Positions 26,905-37,087 of a stretch of DNA of 64,000 nucleotides are shown here, one piece after another; the first letter of the stretch is position 1, and each line of letters opens with the position of its first letter. The notes below the pieces were generated by a model. That model was not told where the DNA came from and did not search any database. It worked only from the letters and a program-made list of their open reading frames with translations. The translations under genes and the position numbers were made by a program. This stretch comes from a virus: the IMG/VR virus record IMGVR_UViG_3300011115_000650, one strand, 5' to 3'.

Positions 26905-27720
26905 TTAGAAAGGAAGGTCGTCTTTAAATAAATCGTCGAATGCTTTATCAACGTCTTTTACTGGTTTAGCAGCTAGAGAATAATTTGATTTTGGTTTCTC
27001 TGCTACTGGTGCTGTAGGTACTACCGTATCATCTTCTGCTGCTGTTTCACTTGGATTCAACCACTCCAATAACGAATTCTTCATCTCTTCATAACCGTAC
27101 TTCTTGAATAGTGTTAAGGTTTCTGGTTGAGTTGTTAACCATAGTTTAACTTGTTCAGAATCTGAAGATAGTGGTGTGATCTTAGTTCTTACTCTTACCT
27201 TTGACTGATTATAGCCCGTACCATTGGTAGCAGCATCAGTTGTTTCGATAGTTAGATCTCTACCCTCTACTGGATCGGTATAATCTTGTACATCTTCGTC
27301 TTCAGCGATTGCTAATAACTCTATGTAGATCTGCTTACCAAACTCCCATAACCTTACACCCTTGTCTTCTTCACCTCTTACGATGATAGGTGCAAACACT
27401 CTCATCTTAGGTGCTAGCTTTTTAGCCATAGCCCAGTTGTCTTTGTCGCTAGTCTTTTTTAACTGATCTGCGAACTCAACGATAGGGTCCTTTTCACCGA
27501 AATTTAACAATGAGATCATTGTACGGTTTCCGATACCGTAATGAAAAAATACCTCTTTAAAAGGATTTGATTTGTCGTACGCCGACGGTACGATCCTTAC
27601 TGAATGTTTCCCCACAGACGGTTTCCAAATCACCTGTGATAGGTCCTTTTTTTGACCCCCTCCACTCTTTTGTTGAAGAGAAGTCAGCTTGTTTTTGATG
27701 GCTGATAAATCCATACCCAT
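26905..27720 (-). CDS. Single-stranded DNA-binding protein (T4 gp32-like)
   Basis: WKP..G...VRIVP, GVRLWEFGK, DPVEGRD; acidic tail DDLPF. Confidence 0.85.
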   Translation of the reverse strand: MGMDLSAIKNKLTSLQQKSGGGQKKDLSQVIWKPSVGKHSVRIVPSAYDKSNPFKEVFFHYGIGNRTMISLLNFGEKDPIVEFADQLKKTSDKDNWAMAKKLAPKMRVFAPIIVRGEEDKGVRLWEFGKQIYIELLAIAEDEDVQDYTDPVEGRDLTIETTDAATNGTGYNQSKVRVRTKITPLSSDSEQVKLWLTTQPETLTLFKKYGYEEMKNSLLEWLNPSETAAEDDTVVPTAPVAEKPKSNYSLAAKPVKDVDKAFDDLFKDDLPF

Positions 27721-27775
27721 GCTGTTTTGATTTTATTGTGAATAAATAATTAAAATAGTTAATACTATCATCTAT

Positions 27776-27806
27776 CAAAGATATGATAAATAATAATGCT
27801 TTCCAA
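27776..27806 (-). promoter_or_regulatory. Bacteroidota-type promoter for SSB (perfect -7 box)
   Basis: TTG-N20-TATCTTTG matches TAnnTTTG. Confidence 0.75.
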
Positions 27807-27818
27807 CTCTTTTTTTAA

Positions 27819-28235
27819 TTAAAGAGCTACGATGCGGTGAATTTTTGTTTTTAGTTGTCTTAGGTCTGGACCTTGAGTTAGTAGGACTGTATTTCTATAG
27901 TCTGTCCAGTTTACCCTGTATTGAGGGTCGATTACTCCATTATTCACCTGGCGAATTAGAGCATTCAAGCCATTGATGGTGTAGAGTGTATTGGTTTCTT
28001 TCTTTCTATGTAGTAGAATTGTACTCGGGAGTACGGAGTTGCTTGAGTTATGCGGGTCGATATTGTAGGTTAGTATAAATTCTTCTCCATCTACAATCTC
28101 TAATACAAATACTTTGCTGTACAGTATGCTGTAATGCGTCGTAACTGTAGCGAGTGTTTCTTCTAAGTTTAACTTAGGTGTAAATGTACAAAATAATTTA
28201 TTCCCCAATTCGTAAATATTTATCTGTTCTGTCAT
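27819..28235 (-). CDS. Conserved phage hypothetical protein (likely start MTEQ, 28235)
   Basis: NKLFCTF, LLHRKKETNTLYTINGLN; late motif at 28254 implies the shorter start. Confidence 0.7.
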   Translation of the reverse strand: MTEQINIYELGNKLFCTFTPKLNLEETLATVTTHYSILYSKVFVLEIVDGEEFILTYNIDPHNSSNSVLPSTILLHRKKETNTLYTINGLNALIRQVNNGVIDPQYRVNWTDYRNTVLLTQGPDLRQLKTKIHRIVAL

Positions 28236-28251
28236 AACTGTTTTTAATATA

Positions 28252-29574
28252 TTATAAATAGCTGGAAATCTGTAGAGAATCGTAATTCTTACCAACTTTT
28301 CCTCTTATCCTTAATCCTCTCTTGTTTACAATCTCTCTAATACCGGTTAGTACTTGTTTACCATCTTCTAGAGAATAATCTACCAGGAATGAATCATAGA
28401 CCACTAGTACTACTTGACTCTTCTTACCCTGTAGTACTTGATTTATCTCTTTTAGGATTTCTACGTTAGAATGGGTTTCTGCGTTTTGAATTACATAGTT
28501 AAATACTTTCTGTGGGTTTAAAGAGTTCTTTGGGAGATGCAAGGGTCTCCCTGTTCTAAGTATAGTCTTTCCGTTCTCTTGATACTCATTCCACAGGTTT
28601 TCTATGTATGCCTCTATTTTTTGGAAGAAAGGTATGGTTTTATACTCCTTCTGTACACTTCCATACATCTGTCTAAAGCTTATCGATTTAGCTTGTTGAT
28701 ACTCTTCCTCCGATAGTTCCTCTTTATCAAAATAGATTCTACCTAACTGAGTGTGTATGGATAGAGACGGGTCGAATGTATGACCGACCAAGTCAGCAAT
28801 CAAAGCTAGATGATAGGCTTCAAAATCATACTCCACAAATAAATCATTCTTAGGTATAAAAGATTGTCTCGAACCATCTTCCTTGTTTAGGGCCAGGAAG
28901 TTTATAGCATTGAAGGCATTAGTGGGCCGGGTGGTTAGGTTATATAGGTTATAGGACGTATAGATTACATTATCCTTAATTGAATAAGGTTCCCAGGTAG
29001 GATCATAGAATCTATTGAATCTATTCTTATCCAGGCCTATTCCATTTTGTTCTATTAGAAGGTATTGTTGGGTTAGTTCTTGGTAGAATTTATGGTCGGT
29101 CTCCTTTCCTATATAGTCTTTTAGATGTTCGTATAAATTCTCACATCTCTCGTAGTGTTTAGTTACCGGTATGATTTGATTTATGCTGGTATTATAGGTG
29201 TGGTCGGTGTAGAAGTTTTGATATACTTTTGGAGTGTAATCGAATATGATATGTTTATTCTCTTGATCTAATACAACCTGGTTTAGGTCTATAATGTTTT
29301 GATGTTTAATAAAACTTGTAGTTAGTTTTAGATCCGGGCAGTATAGAGTCTTGTAATTAGCTAGATGTGCTTGTATATCTTCTAGATCAAGACTAAAAGT
29401 CTCACTATGGTCAATAGGTAAGATATATCCCTTGTATTGATTTCTTAAGTATACTAAACAAACCTTATTTAAGTACGGGTGATAATTATCGTTCTGTAAA
29501 ACTACCTGTACATAACAACTCTCGTATACTAACAATCTCTGTAATTGCTCTTTAGTCTCAACTATGAAATACAT
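28252..29574 (-). CDS. Second, compact family A polymerase-like protein
   Basis: TTRPTN, motif A DFEAYH, motif B AKSISFRQMYG, NYVIQ, motif C VYDS; host-type promoter at 29592-29622. Confidence 0.8.
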   Translation of the reverse strand: MYFIVETKEQLQRLLVYESCYVQVVLQNDNYHPYLNKVCLVYLRNQYKGYILPIDHSETFSLDLEDIQAHLANYKTLYCPDLKLTTSFIKHQNIIDLNQVVLDQENKHIIFDYTPKVYQNFYTDHTYNTSINQIIPVTKHYERCENLYEHLKDYIGKETDHKFYQELTQQYLLIEQNGIGLDKNRFNRFYDPTWEPYSIKDNVIYTSYNLYNLTTRPTNAFNAINFLALNKEDGSRQSFIPKNDLFVEYDFEAYHLALIADLVGHTFDPSLSIHTQLGRIYFDKEELSEEEYQQAKSISFRQMYGSVQKEYKTIPFFQKIEAYIENLWNEYQENGKTILRTGRPLHLPKNSLNPQKVFNYVIQNAETHSNVEILKEINQVLQGKKSQVVLVVYDSFLVDYSLEDGKQVLTGIREIVNKRGLRIRGKVGKNYDSLQISSYL

Positions 29575-29635
29575 ACAACCTTTATTTAGTTTGAAGTTAT
29601 GAACTTATTTTTATACTTCCAAACCTTTTACACAT

Positions 29636-29672
29636 AAAAAAAACCGGTAAGTTTTATTTTACCGGCTTTCTT
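29636..29672. terminator. Intrinsic terminator (bidirectional-looking)
   Basis: A-run CCGGTAA-loop-TTACCGG followed by T-rich tract. Confidence 0.65.
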
Positions 29673-29721
29673 GTTATTTGTTCTACTATCCTCGAATTGT
29701 AATACGTTGTTAAGATCTTTA

Positions 29722-30786
29722 TTATTTTTGGATTAAGTAATGTTTTTCAAGCTTTTGCCTATTCATAACTCTAGAATCGTATCCATCATCATCCTTAATT
29801 TTATACTTATCTCCCTCTATTTTAGCTATTTCACCAAAAATACCTGTAAGACTAAGTACGTTCTTACCTACTATAACTTTTGTTGCTGGAGTTATACGTA
29901 CATAATCACCATCAGCTAAGGCCTTCTGAGCGGCGTATGATAAGTCTTCATTTAATTGTGCTCCACCATAATTACTGGGATCAGTAACTATTTCGATTGC
30001 TTTATCAATTGCTTGTTCGATACTCAACATTCCTGTGTGATAATCTTTGCTTAATTGAATTAACGATTGGTCCATCTTTTCATTGAACATTCCTGATGGT
30101 TTAAGTTCTTCTGGTATGTTGTCTGTGATAGTTTCCCCGTAAACGTCTGTTCCGTCTGCTACATGTTTTACACCCCAAGCTTTAATAGTCTTTCCTATTT
30201 GCGCTTTGTCTATAGTTTCTGAGCTATCCTCTGCATATCCCATATCCTCTTCTTTAAGAATACCTGCTAATTTTTGCATTCTTCTTACTTCGTTTAACTG
30301 TGTTTTCATTTCATTCATATTTGGTTTAGTGTAACTCCAAAATTGTTCTACATCTCCAACTGGAGTATCTCGGTACTTACTTCTTAGTATATATTGAATA
30401 GAGAATCCATCTGATGATGGTTTTTGATCGTAATATTTACGAATATTCGGTACTGTATCTTCTATATCAGAATCTAAATTAAGCCGTGTCGGTAACAATC
30501 CTTGAGACTGTCTTGCTTTTTCAGCTGCTGAACCAGCGGCTATTCTGTTATTTAACGATTTAACACTAGCCTCTGTATCTTTAACATTCTGTATTCTTGT
30601 GCTCTTAGCTTTCTCAGCTGCTGCTTTATAAGAATCTGGTGTTCTTTTTGAAACCTGGTGGGTACGTAAAGCTTTTTTTAAGTTGAAGGTTAGTGTATTA
30701 ATTTCATCGGTAGTTAATTCTCCGTTAGCTGCCATAGCTTCTAACTTCTTCATTAAATCCTCGTTGTACACTTCTTGTAAATTCAT
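29722..30786 (-). CDS. Modular putative internal head protein
   Basis: Late motif; internal MKTQLNEVRRMQKLAGILKE; several LxE sites; SH3/KOW-like last module. Confidence 0.6.
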   Translation of the reverse strand: MNLQEVYNEDLMKKLEAMAANGELTTDEINTLTFNLKKALRTHQVSKRTPDSYKAAAEKAKSTRIQNVKDTEASVKSLNNRIAAGSAAEKARQSQGLLPTRLNLDSDIEDTVPNIRKYYDQKPSSDGFSIQYILRSKYRDTPVGDVEQFWSYTKPNMNEMKTQLNEVRRMQKLAGILKEEDMGYAEDSSETIDKAQIGKTIKAWGVKHVADGTDVYGETITDNIPEELKPSGMFNEKMDQSLIQLSKDYHTGMLSIEQAIDKAIEIVTDPSNYGGAQLNEDLSYAAQKALADGDYVRITPATKVIVGKNVLSLTGIFGEIAKIEGDKYKIKDDDGYDSRVMNRQKLEKHYLIQK

Positions 30787-30845
30787 TTTGATGTTATCTG
30801 ATTTATAATAAATAGTCTGGTTTATGCAAAAAAAAAAGTTTTTAC

Positions 30846-31448
30846 TTACTTACTAAACTTATTATAGTCCTCACCAATAAAAGCAGTCAGGCCAGGGAAA
30901 GTAGGATCTTTCATCATAGTCAATCTACGGTTTGTATCAAGGATCCCGGATACTTTACCCCCATTTTGAATAGTATCGTATTGAGGACCGCTGATCTGCC
31001 AAAATAGACTCGTAGTTTCATACGTAATGTAATCGTATTCGCTATCTGATTTGAGTAGTGAGTCATGAGTTGACTTATCAACCTCGATAACATATCCTGA
31101 TTGTCCTCTCTTTTTAACGAAGTATCTTATTATAGATCCTCGTTTGTAGTCTGTAGACGTTGGTTTGGGGTAGTACGGTACAGGGATTTGAAAGGTAGGT
31201 TGACTGCCTGCACTAGCAGATCGGCCGGTTCGAAAGGCTTCCTGGCCATTAGTACTGGCATTAGAAGCTAGATCGGCAGGTTGTAGTATCTGAGAAGGTC
31301 CTTGTACGGGATCTTTTCCAGTAAAGACTTGACCGTTATAGGTCTTATAGTAGTAACCGGAATAGTTTGAACCGTTTAGTGTAAACTCTCCTCCATTTGT
31401 TTTCTGGTTGGTTAACACTCTATTTAATGGGTAATATCTTATTGACAT
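30846..31448 (-). CDS. Hypothetical baseplate-region protein
   Basis: YYP...TNGGEF...YSGYY; DYKRG.I.RYF; follows the hub gene. Confidence 0.55.
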   Translation of the reverse strand: MSIRYYPLNRVLTNQKTNGGEFTLNGSNYSGYYYKTYNGQVFTGKDPVQGPSQILQPADLASNASTNGQEAFRTGRSASAGSQPTFQIPVPYYPKPTSTDYKRGSIIRYFVKKRGQSGYVIEVDKSTHDSLLKSDSEYDYITYETTSLFWQISGPQYDTIQNGGKVSGILDTNRRLTMMKDPTFPGLTAFIGEDYNKFSK

Positions 31449-31451
31449 GGT

Positions 31452-34400
31452 TTATACAATATTGTTAATCTCACGTATAGTAGTATTTGCTGTAATCTGT
31501 ATATTTTGATTCTTGAAATAGTTTATAATGAAATTAGTGTAGTTTGTAGGATTATTTCCTGCAGGTGTACCATCATCGTTATAGACAGGGGCATACTTTG
31601 ATAAGTACTGAAATAGCGTATCTGTAGGTTTATATATAGCTGAAGTACCGGTTACTGCACCTTTTAGCACTGATTGCCACTGAGCTTGAATTCCCTGCTC
31701 TAACGTAGGGAATGTTTTTGTAGCTTTCCCAGTATTACCTACATTACCTGGATTTTTTGTTTTATACGATAGAGTATTTGGTTTAAATCCTTCGTTTACT
31801 GTCTGTGCTGTTAGTAAAAGTTTTGCACCTTTGCTTAATGTTGGTAGAGCTTTCTCTAACGCAGGTTTATATACATCTTTTACTATTTGAGTATCTCTTG
31901 CATTGAACTGTACGTAACCTCCATAGCTATTAGATATACCTTTAGGTATAAATGTTCTCGGTGTAGATTGTTTAATCACCTCTTCTACAGGAGTACCTTC
32001 CGGCAGGTTAATCATCAATGCTCTAATCGAAGTAGTCCATTGGTTATTTTGAATAGTATGACTGATACCTGCTATTGTAAATCCAACCAACGGCTTGGCA
32101 TCTTTCCCGGTAGGCGATACATACTGAATAGGTAGTCTATTACCAGGTATTGTAAATGCTTCAAATAGAGGTATACCGCTAATTCCGTCTAGAGTCATAT
32201 TAAGAGCTAGCGGTAAAATACCATTTGCTGTTATAGTTCCTTTAGCTAGTTGTTTACTGTTTTTTATTTTTAATAATACATCTGTATAGTAGTTTAAGAC
32301 CCCTGGTATGTTATCTTGATTAAGCTGGATTGAACCACGAGGTGCGTTACTAAATCCATACGTAGTGGTTAGTTGTTTATTAAATGCATTAGCTTGTATA
32401 TAATTTTGTTCCTCTACCTGTTGAGCAGCTGCTTGTTGCGGGGATGGTGGTGGTGTTGGGGTGGTAGCTAGTACTGGTATGTTTGCATTAAACGGTGTAA
32501 CAGTGCTTGCAAGGTAGGGTGGGTTTGGAGTAGGGAATGTGACAGACGGTACACTATTCACAGGATTAGGTGCTATAACTGTAACGTTTGAAGCAGGGGT
32601 AGAGTTTAGTGTGATTTTTGGTGTTGCATTAGGACTTGGATTTACTTTTAGTCTATCTCGAAGTCTGTTATTAATTGCAACAAACCCACTCCCATCTTTA
32701 TTTAGCCCCGAACTATTTAGATCTTTAGTGTCTGGGTTATACATAGCAGTAATAGCTAGAGTGCTTCCTAGAGCTGTACTAGCTTCAGTTTTTAAACTAA
32801 ACTCTCTAACTGTTGCGGTACCCAATCCAAATACCGGTATTATAGGTATAACTTCTTCTTTACTCGCTAAATTTTGTGTATCAAAGATTGTAATCACATC
32901 ACAACTCTGATCAGGTACTATATTAAAGATATTGATACCCCCGATTGCTTTAGAAATATCTGTTAGAATTTGCTTTAGGTATGAATTCAATAAGATATTC
33001 TTTGATTTATCGCTTGACATCAATCCTTCGTAGATCTTTAGTAAGTAGTCTACGTTAACAAAGATGTTCATAGTGTGTCCTCGGTAACGGTCGTTCTTAT
33101 CTTCAAACGACAAGCCGGTTACGCGTATCTTATCGTTTACCGTACATTCTGCTGTCAAAGGTCCAGGTGATACTATCTTACTTAAATCTGTGATACCTTT
33201 CTTTAGTAACAGGTCCTGTAATTCTTCTGTAGTTGCATTACATTCAATTAAACATACTGTCGGATCGACAGATACTTGTTGGGGTAGGTGCAGGCACAGA
33301 TTAGTATCTGGGTGAAAGTCTAGATAGACTATTTGCTTTCTAATATTATCCCCAGTGTAGATTAGACATGAATTATTGATATAGGCCAGTAACAGACTCA
33401 ACGGTATATAAGTTAGAACCGTAGTTGAGGTTGGTGAGGATGTCTTAGTAGTAGTCTCTACAGTAAGGGTAGTATATTTTACGAAGTCTGCTAGCTTTAA
33501 AGGTGCTACCTTGTTTGCTGTTGTACCTTTACTCCTATCTCTCATGTACCTCCTACTAAACCCGTGTTTAAAATTATCGTAGATATCACCGGGAGTTTTA
33601 CTCGAATCTATTAGGTTTAGATAATCTTTACCTGTTGAGAATACTTCTTTCATCTTAGCTTCAAAACCTGCTAAGTTAGGAGTTGTACTGTAAGCATTAG
33701 CGTTGGCAAAGTTCTTAACTTCGGTTAGGAAACCTTTTAAAGCTGAGTCTACTATTATCGGAGTGGTTTGATTGGTAGCAGTTCCGCCTTGTGAAGGCTG
33801 TGTAATTGCTGGCATATTCTCCTGACTATTAATCTTCAAAGATTCAGCTAATGAACCTAGACCGGTAACTTTAACTGTACAATCATAGCTTCCGTCTCTA
33901 TTCTGTACCCATTCGTAGTTTGTAATAAACCCAAGCATTGCATCATAGTTATATCCACTCTCTATTCTTTTCTTCTGTATTTCATCTTTGATGTCATCTG
34001 AAGTAATACCTTTTGCAAAAGCATCTATAGTCTGTACAATTGTAGTCTTGACATGCCCTTCGTTATCAACGTATGTACTATGTCCCCATTCAATCAAGCA
34101 GCTAAATCCTAGTCTAAAATATAACATATCTAAGATAGATAGCTGGTTTAGATTCCAGGCCTTAATCTTAACTGTTGCAGAATATACTGCTCCTACTGGT
34201 GGTAGAGATTCAACTGTCAGAGATACTATACCAGGCATAGGTCTATACCCCAACTCTCTAATACCTCCTGCTCCATATGCTCCACTATAAGGATCTTGTT
34301 TAGTTCCAATTCCAGACCTCATTGTAACAGGTTTATCAACACCATCTCCTGCAGTCGACGCTCCTCCTGATAGAGTCCAGTGCTTTGCTAATTCTACTCC

Positions 34401-34625
34401 ATTTTGAACAGGAACCTCTCCGTCCATTAACTTTTCAATAATATCTGCATCTTGCATTATTTCTGTAAAGGAGGACATTTTAATCCAACAGTTCTTGTTA
34501 CCTAGGTATAACAAATCTGTGTGAGTTCTTAACCCTGTTTGACTAAGTATATTTACTCTCTGTTCTAATTGATTTAAAATTCCTTGATCGAGTGCTCCTC
34601 CAATTACATTATCGGGTGTTAACAT
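31452..34625 (-). CDS. Baseplate hub-like protein with C-terminal lysozyme-like domain
   Basis: RPMPGI, GFSCLIEWG, NYDAMLG, LTLDGISG-type hub motifs; C-terminal EG...KNPGNV...FPTLEQG...KYAP. Confidence 0.65.
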   Translation of the reverse strand: MLTPDNVIGGALDQGILNQLEQRVNILSQTGLRTHTDLLYLGNKNCWIKMSSFTEIMQDADIIEKLMDGEVPVQNGVELAKHWTLSGGASTAGDGVDKPVTMRSGIGTKQDPYSGAYGAGGIRELGYRPMPGIVSLTVESLPPVGAVYSATVKIKAWNLNQLSILDMLYFRLGFSCLIEWGHSTYVDNEGHVKTTIVQTIDAFAKGITSDDIKDEIQKKRIESGYNYDAMLGFITNYEWVQNRDGSYDCTVKVTGLGSLAESLKINSQENMPAITQPSQGGTATNQTTPIIVDSALKGFLTEVKNFANANAYSTTPNLAGFEAKMKEVFSTGKDYLNLIDSSKTPGDIYDNFKHGFSRRYMRDRSKGTTANKVAPLKLADFVKYTTLTVETTTKTSSPTSTTVLTYIPLSLLLAYINNSCLIYTGDNIRKQIVYLDFHPDTNLCLHLPQQVSVDPTVCLIECNATTEELQDLLLKKGITDLSKIVSPGPLTAECTVNDKIRVTGLSFEDKNDRYRGHTMNIFVNVDYLLKIYEGLMSSDKSKNILLNSYLKQILTDISKAIGGINIFNIVPDQSCDVITIFDTQNLASKEEVIPIIPVFGLGTATVREFSLKTEASTALGSTLAITAMYNPDTKDLNSSGLNKDGSGFVAINNRLRDRLKVNPSPNATPKITLNSTPASNVTVIAPNPVNSVPSVTFPTPNPPYLASTVTPFNANIPVLATTPTPPPSPQQAAAQQVEEQNYIQANAFNKQLTTTYGFSNAPRGSIQLNQDNIPGVLNYYTDVLLKIKNSKQLAKGTITANGILPLALNMTLDGISGIPLFEAFTIPGNRLPIQYVSPTGKDAKPLVGFTIAGISHTIQNNQWTTSIRALMINLPEGTPVEEVIKQSTPRTFIPKGISNSYGGYVQFNARDTQIVKDVYKPALEKALPTLSKGAKLLLTAQTVNEGFKPNTLSYKTKNPGNVGNTGKATKTFPTLEQGIQAQWQSVLKGAVTGTSAIYKPTDTLFQYLSKYAPVYNDDGTPAGNNPTNYTNFIINYFKNQNIQITANTTIREINNIV

Positions 34626-34639
34626 ATAACTTTTTTATT

Positions 34640-34945
34640 TTATCTTAATGAATTAATTCGTGTATAGTTCGCTAGTACACTTTGTATATCCGCTGGTATT
34701 CTTAACTGCTTACCTAGGGGCGGTATCAAACTATCTCCAGGTAGAGCGTTAGCGGATGCTAGAACCCAGTACAAGCTACTATCTTTATAGTAGTTATACG
34801 CTAATAGGTCTAGTCTATCTCCTATAGTTGGTATAATATAAATATCACTTTCTGTCACAGGGATGTCTGGGTAAATATTATTTAAGTAGTATCTTTTACC
34901 CGATGGTGTTTTTGTTGCGGGTACGGCAAGGTATCTATTTGGCAT
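34640..34945 (-). CDS. LysM/gpX-like baseplate protein
   Basis: GDRLDLLAYNYYKDSSLYWVLASAN...QLRIP. Confidence 0.8.
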   Translation of the reverse strand: MPNRYLAVPATKTPSGKRYYLNNIYPDIPVTESDIYIIPTIGDRLDLLAYNYYKDSSLYWVLASANALPGDSLIPPLGKQLRIPADIQSVLANYTRINSLR

Positions 34946-34956
34946 ATCTTATGTAC

Positions 34957-37083
34957 TTATAGGTTTAGAGCTCTTGGTGTTTGATTCAAAAATCGATTTG
35001 CTACTTGTGGATTAACTGTTCCTGGTATGCTAGGCGGATTGCGTGGTAGGGCAACTGTCTGTCCAGGAGCTGGTTTAGGTCCGAATTGAGAATTTTTACC
35101 TACTCCAAATTTATTACCTTGTGATGAGTTGTCGGTTGGATTAGGAGTTATTAAAGGTGTTATGTTAGCATTATCAGGATTGTTTGACCTATTAGCACTT
35201 GGTATCCAAGATCTTCTTGCTAAGAAATCATGTATAGGTGTAAATTGACAAGATACTTCCAGGACGTGTGGTAGTTGGTACATATCCTCATCCTTACCGC
35301 CCTGACCGTCATCGGCAGTAATCTCCCAAGGTGAATCATCCGGTATAGTTATATTCATAGATGTAAAGAAGCCTGGCTGCCTTACGATGTAATCTCCTAT
35401 AGTTAATCTAGTTATGGGTGCTCTCATAAATCCACTTCCTAGATTGGTTCCATTTGTTCTAATAAAGCTTTGATAGTCTGGATATAATTGAGAAACTAAG
35501 TAGTTTAACTTTCTGTATAGAGGTCTCATCTCCTGTCTAGTCTGCGGAGCTATTTTAAATGAAAACGATAAGCTTCGTGTAAATCCATTGTAGGCATAAA
35601 AGTTTTCTCCTCTACCCACATACTTTACTGGTGAGTATTCTGCTGCATGATTATCTTGGATTGCAGTCAGGAAAGCTCTAAATACTAGTAAGCTAGCACC
35701 AGCCGCTCCTTCACCTGGCTGATCTGGACTATCTACTTCGATTGTTTCAATATTAAACTTGACTAAGTCTTTCGGTACTCTACCTGCATCTAGTGTATGA
35801 TCGTACTTTGGTATAATATCTTTATAGTTTACTTGATCTATTCCCTCATCATTTTGTTGACTGTAATCAACTCTTTTTAAGTTGGGTGAGCCAGGATCTC
35901 CTGTATTGTACTTGCTTGATAAGTTATTGTTTACATCGTATCCTTCAGTAGATGCTATCTGACCTTTGAACTGAAGTCTAAAATCTTCTTTTACAATAGA
36001 GTTTAGGTTAGGTCTATCTCCCGAAGCTGCTTTGAGTTGGTTGTAGTTTAATGCGTAAGCGAAATTACCAGCAGATATAGTCCCTAGAGTAGTTCCTGGT
36101 AGCTTTGAAGGAGTTGTTTTGTCTTCAGCCGGAGTACTTGCCCAGTAGTACATAGGTACGTCTACTAGTATACGTTCATCTAAACCTCTTTTATTATTGT
36201 CATACAGTTTAAGTATGCTCCCTGAAGTAGCTGTTAGAGTTCTACCTAGGAATAATCCGTCTCTGTGATTTATATTTGCTCTCTGTTGAGTCTCATTACT
36301 AGTAAGTGCGTAAAAAGCTCTAGTTCCCCATGTAGTGCCTGCTTTACCTTCTTCGGTTAGCGCCGTGTTAACTCTCCTATGAATAGTTGTTAGACCTATA
36401 CCCCCTATCGAAGTCGGCCCGCCGGCATATTGAATTAGTAGGTTAGGATTGCTTGATATCGCTAGCTTAGTCATTGCTTTTTTAGTAGCTGCATTACCAA
36501 TTAAACCTACGATCTTTGATTCATATAAAGTAACCAATCTCCTGGGATTAGGAGAATCTGTTCTCTCCTGGGCTACATATTCATACTTGGCCTGGAAAGG
36601 ATTTATTGGCACCGTTCCATGTCTATCAAAGTGAAACCCTGTACCCTGTACACCTACTTGGGCTAGTGTATTCAAACCTCCATTATAGATTCTAGTATTT
36701 TCAAGTATACCTATTGACGATAAATCCGAACCAAAACTAATACTATCTCCGGTCTGTATCTTAGGATTAGCTAACTGTAGAGCTTCTTGTTTGGCTATGA
36801 ATAAAGGTCCTCTAGACTTATCTTTGAAGAATTTACTGATACGTAATTGATCGTATTTAGCTGCTTGACTAGCATATGCACCTCCCTGGCTTAGATCAAA
36901 TCCAGCTCCAACGCCAGGAAAATCCAAACTATTCCTATTGTTCTGATAGTAGTTTAGTTCTTCTTGGGTAGCATTTTCGGGTAGATCAAACTGTATATAA
37001 GGTTGGCCGCTAGATCCATTACCTGGTCTATCGTTACCGTATTTTAAACTCTTTAGGTTTGTCTTTGATGTTATTAGTGGCAT
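34957..37083 (-). CDS. Baseplate / tail-tube initiator-like protein
   Basis: FRAFL...D...YVGRGENFYAYNGFTRSLSFSF...APITRLTIGD...PWEI; follows the tape measure gene. Confidence 0.65.
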   Translation of the reverse strand: MPLITSKTNLKSLKYGNDRPGNGSSGQPYIQFDLPENATQEELNYYQNNRNSLDFPGVGAGFDLSQGGAYASQAAKYDQLRISKFFKDKSRGPLFIAKQEALQLANPKIQTGDSISFGSDLSSIGILENTRIYNGGLNTLAQVGVQGTGFHFDRHGTVPINPFQAKYEYVAQERTDSPNPRRLVTLYESKIVGLIGNAATKKAMTKLAISSNPNLLIQYAGGPTSIGGIGLTTIHRRVNTALTEEGKAGTTWGTRAFYALTSNETQQRANINHRDGLFLGRTLTATSGSILKLYDNNKRGLDERILVDVPMYYWASTPAEDKTTPSKLPGTTLGTISAGNFAYALNYNQLKAASGDRPNLNSIVKEDFRLQFKGQIASTEGYDVNNNLSSKYNTGDPGSPNLKRVDYSQQNDEGIDQVNYKDIIPKYDHTLDAGRVPKDLVKFNIETIEVDSPDQPGEGAAGASLLVFRAFLTAIQDNHAAEYSPVKYVGRGENFYAYNGFTRSLSFSFKIAPQTRQEMRPLYRKLNYLVSQLYPDYQSFIRTNGTNLGSGFMRAPITRLTIGDYIVRQPGFFTSMNITIPDDSPWEITADDGQGGKDEDMYQLPHVLEVSCQFTPIHDFLARRSWIPSANRSNNPDNANITPLITPNPTDNSSQGNKFGVGKNSQFGPKPAPGQTVALPRNPPSIPGTVNPQVANRFLNQTPRALNL

Positions 37084-37087
37084 CTTG

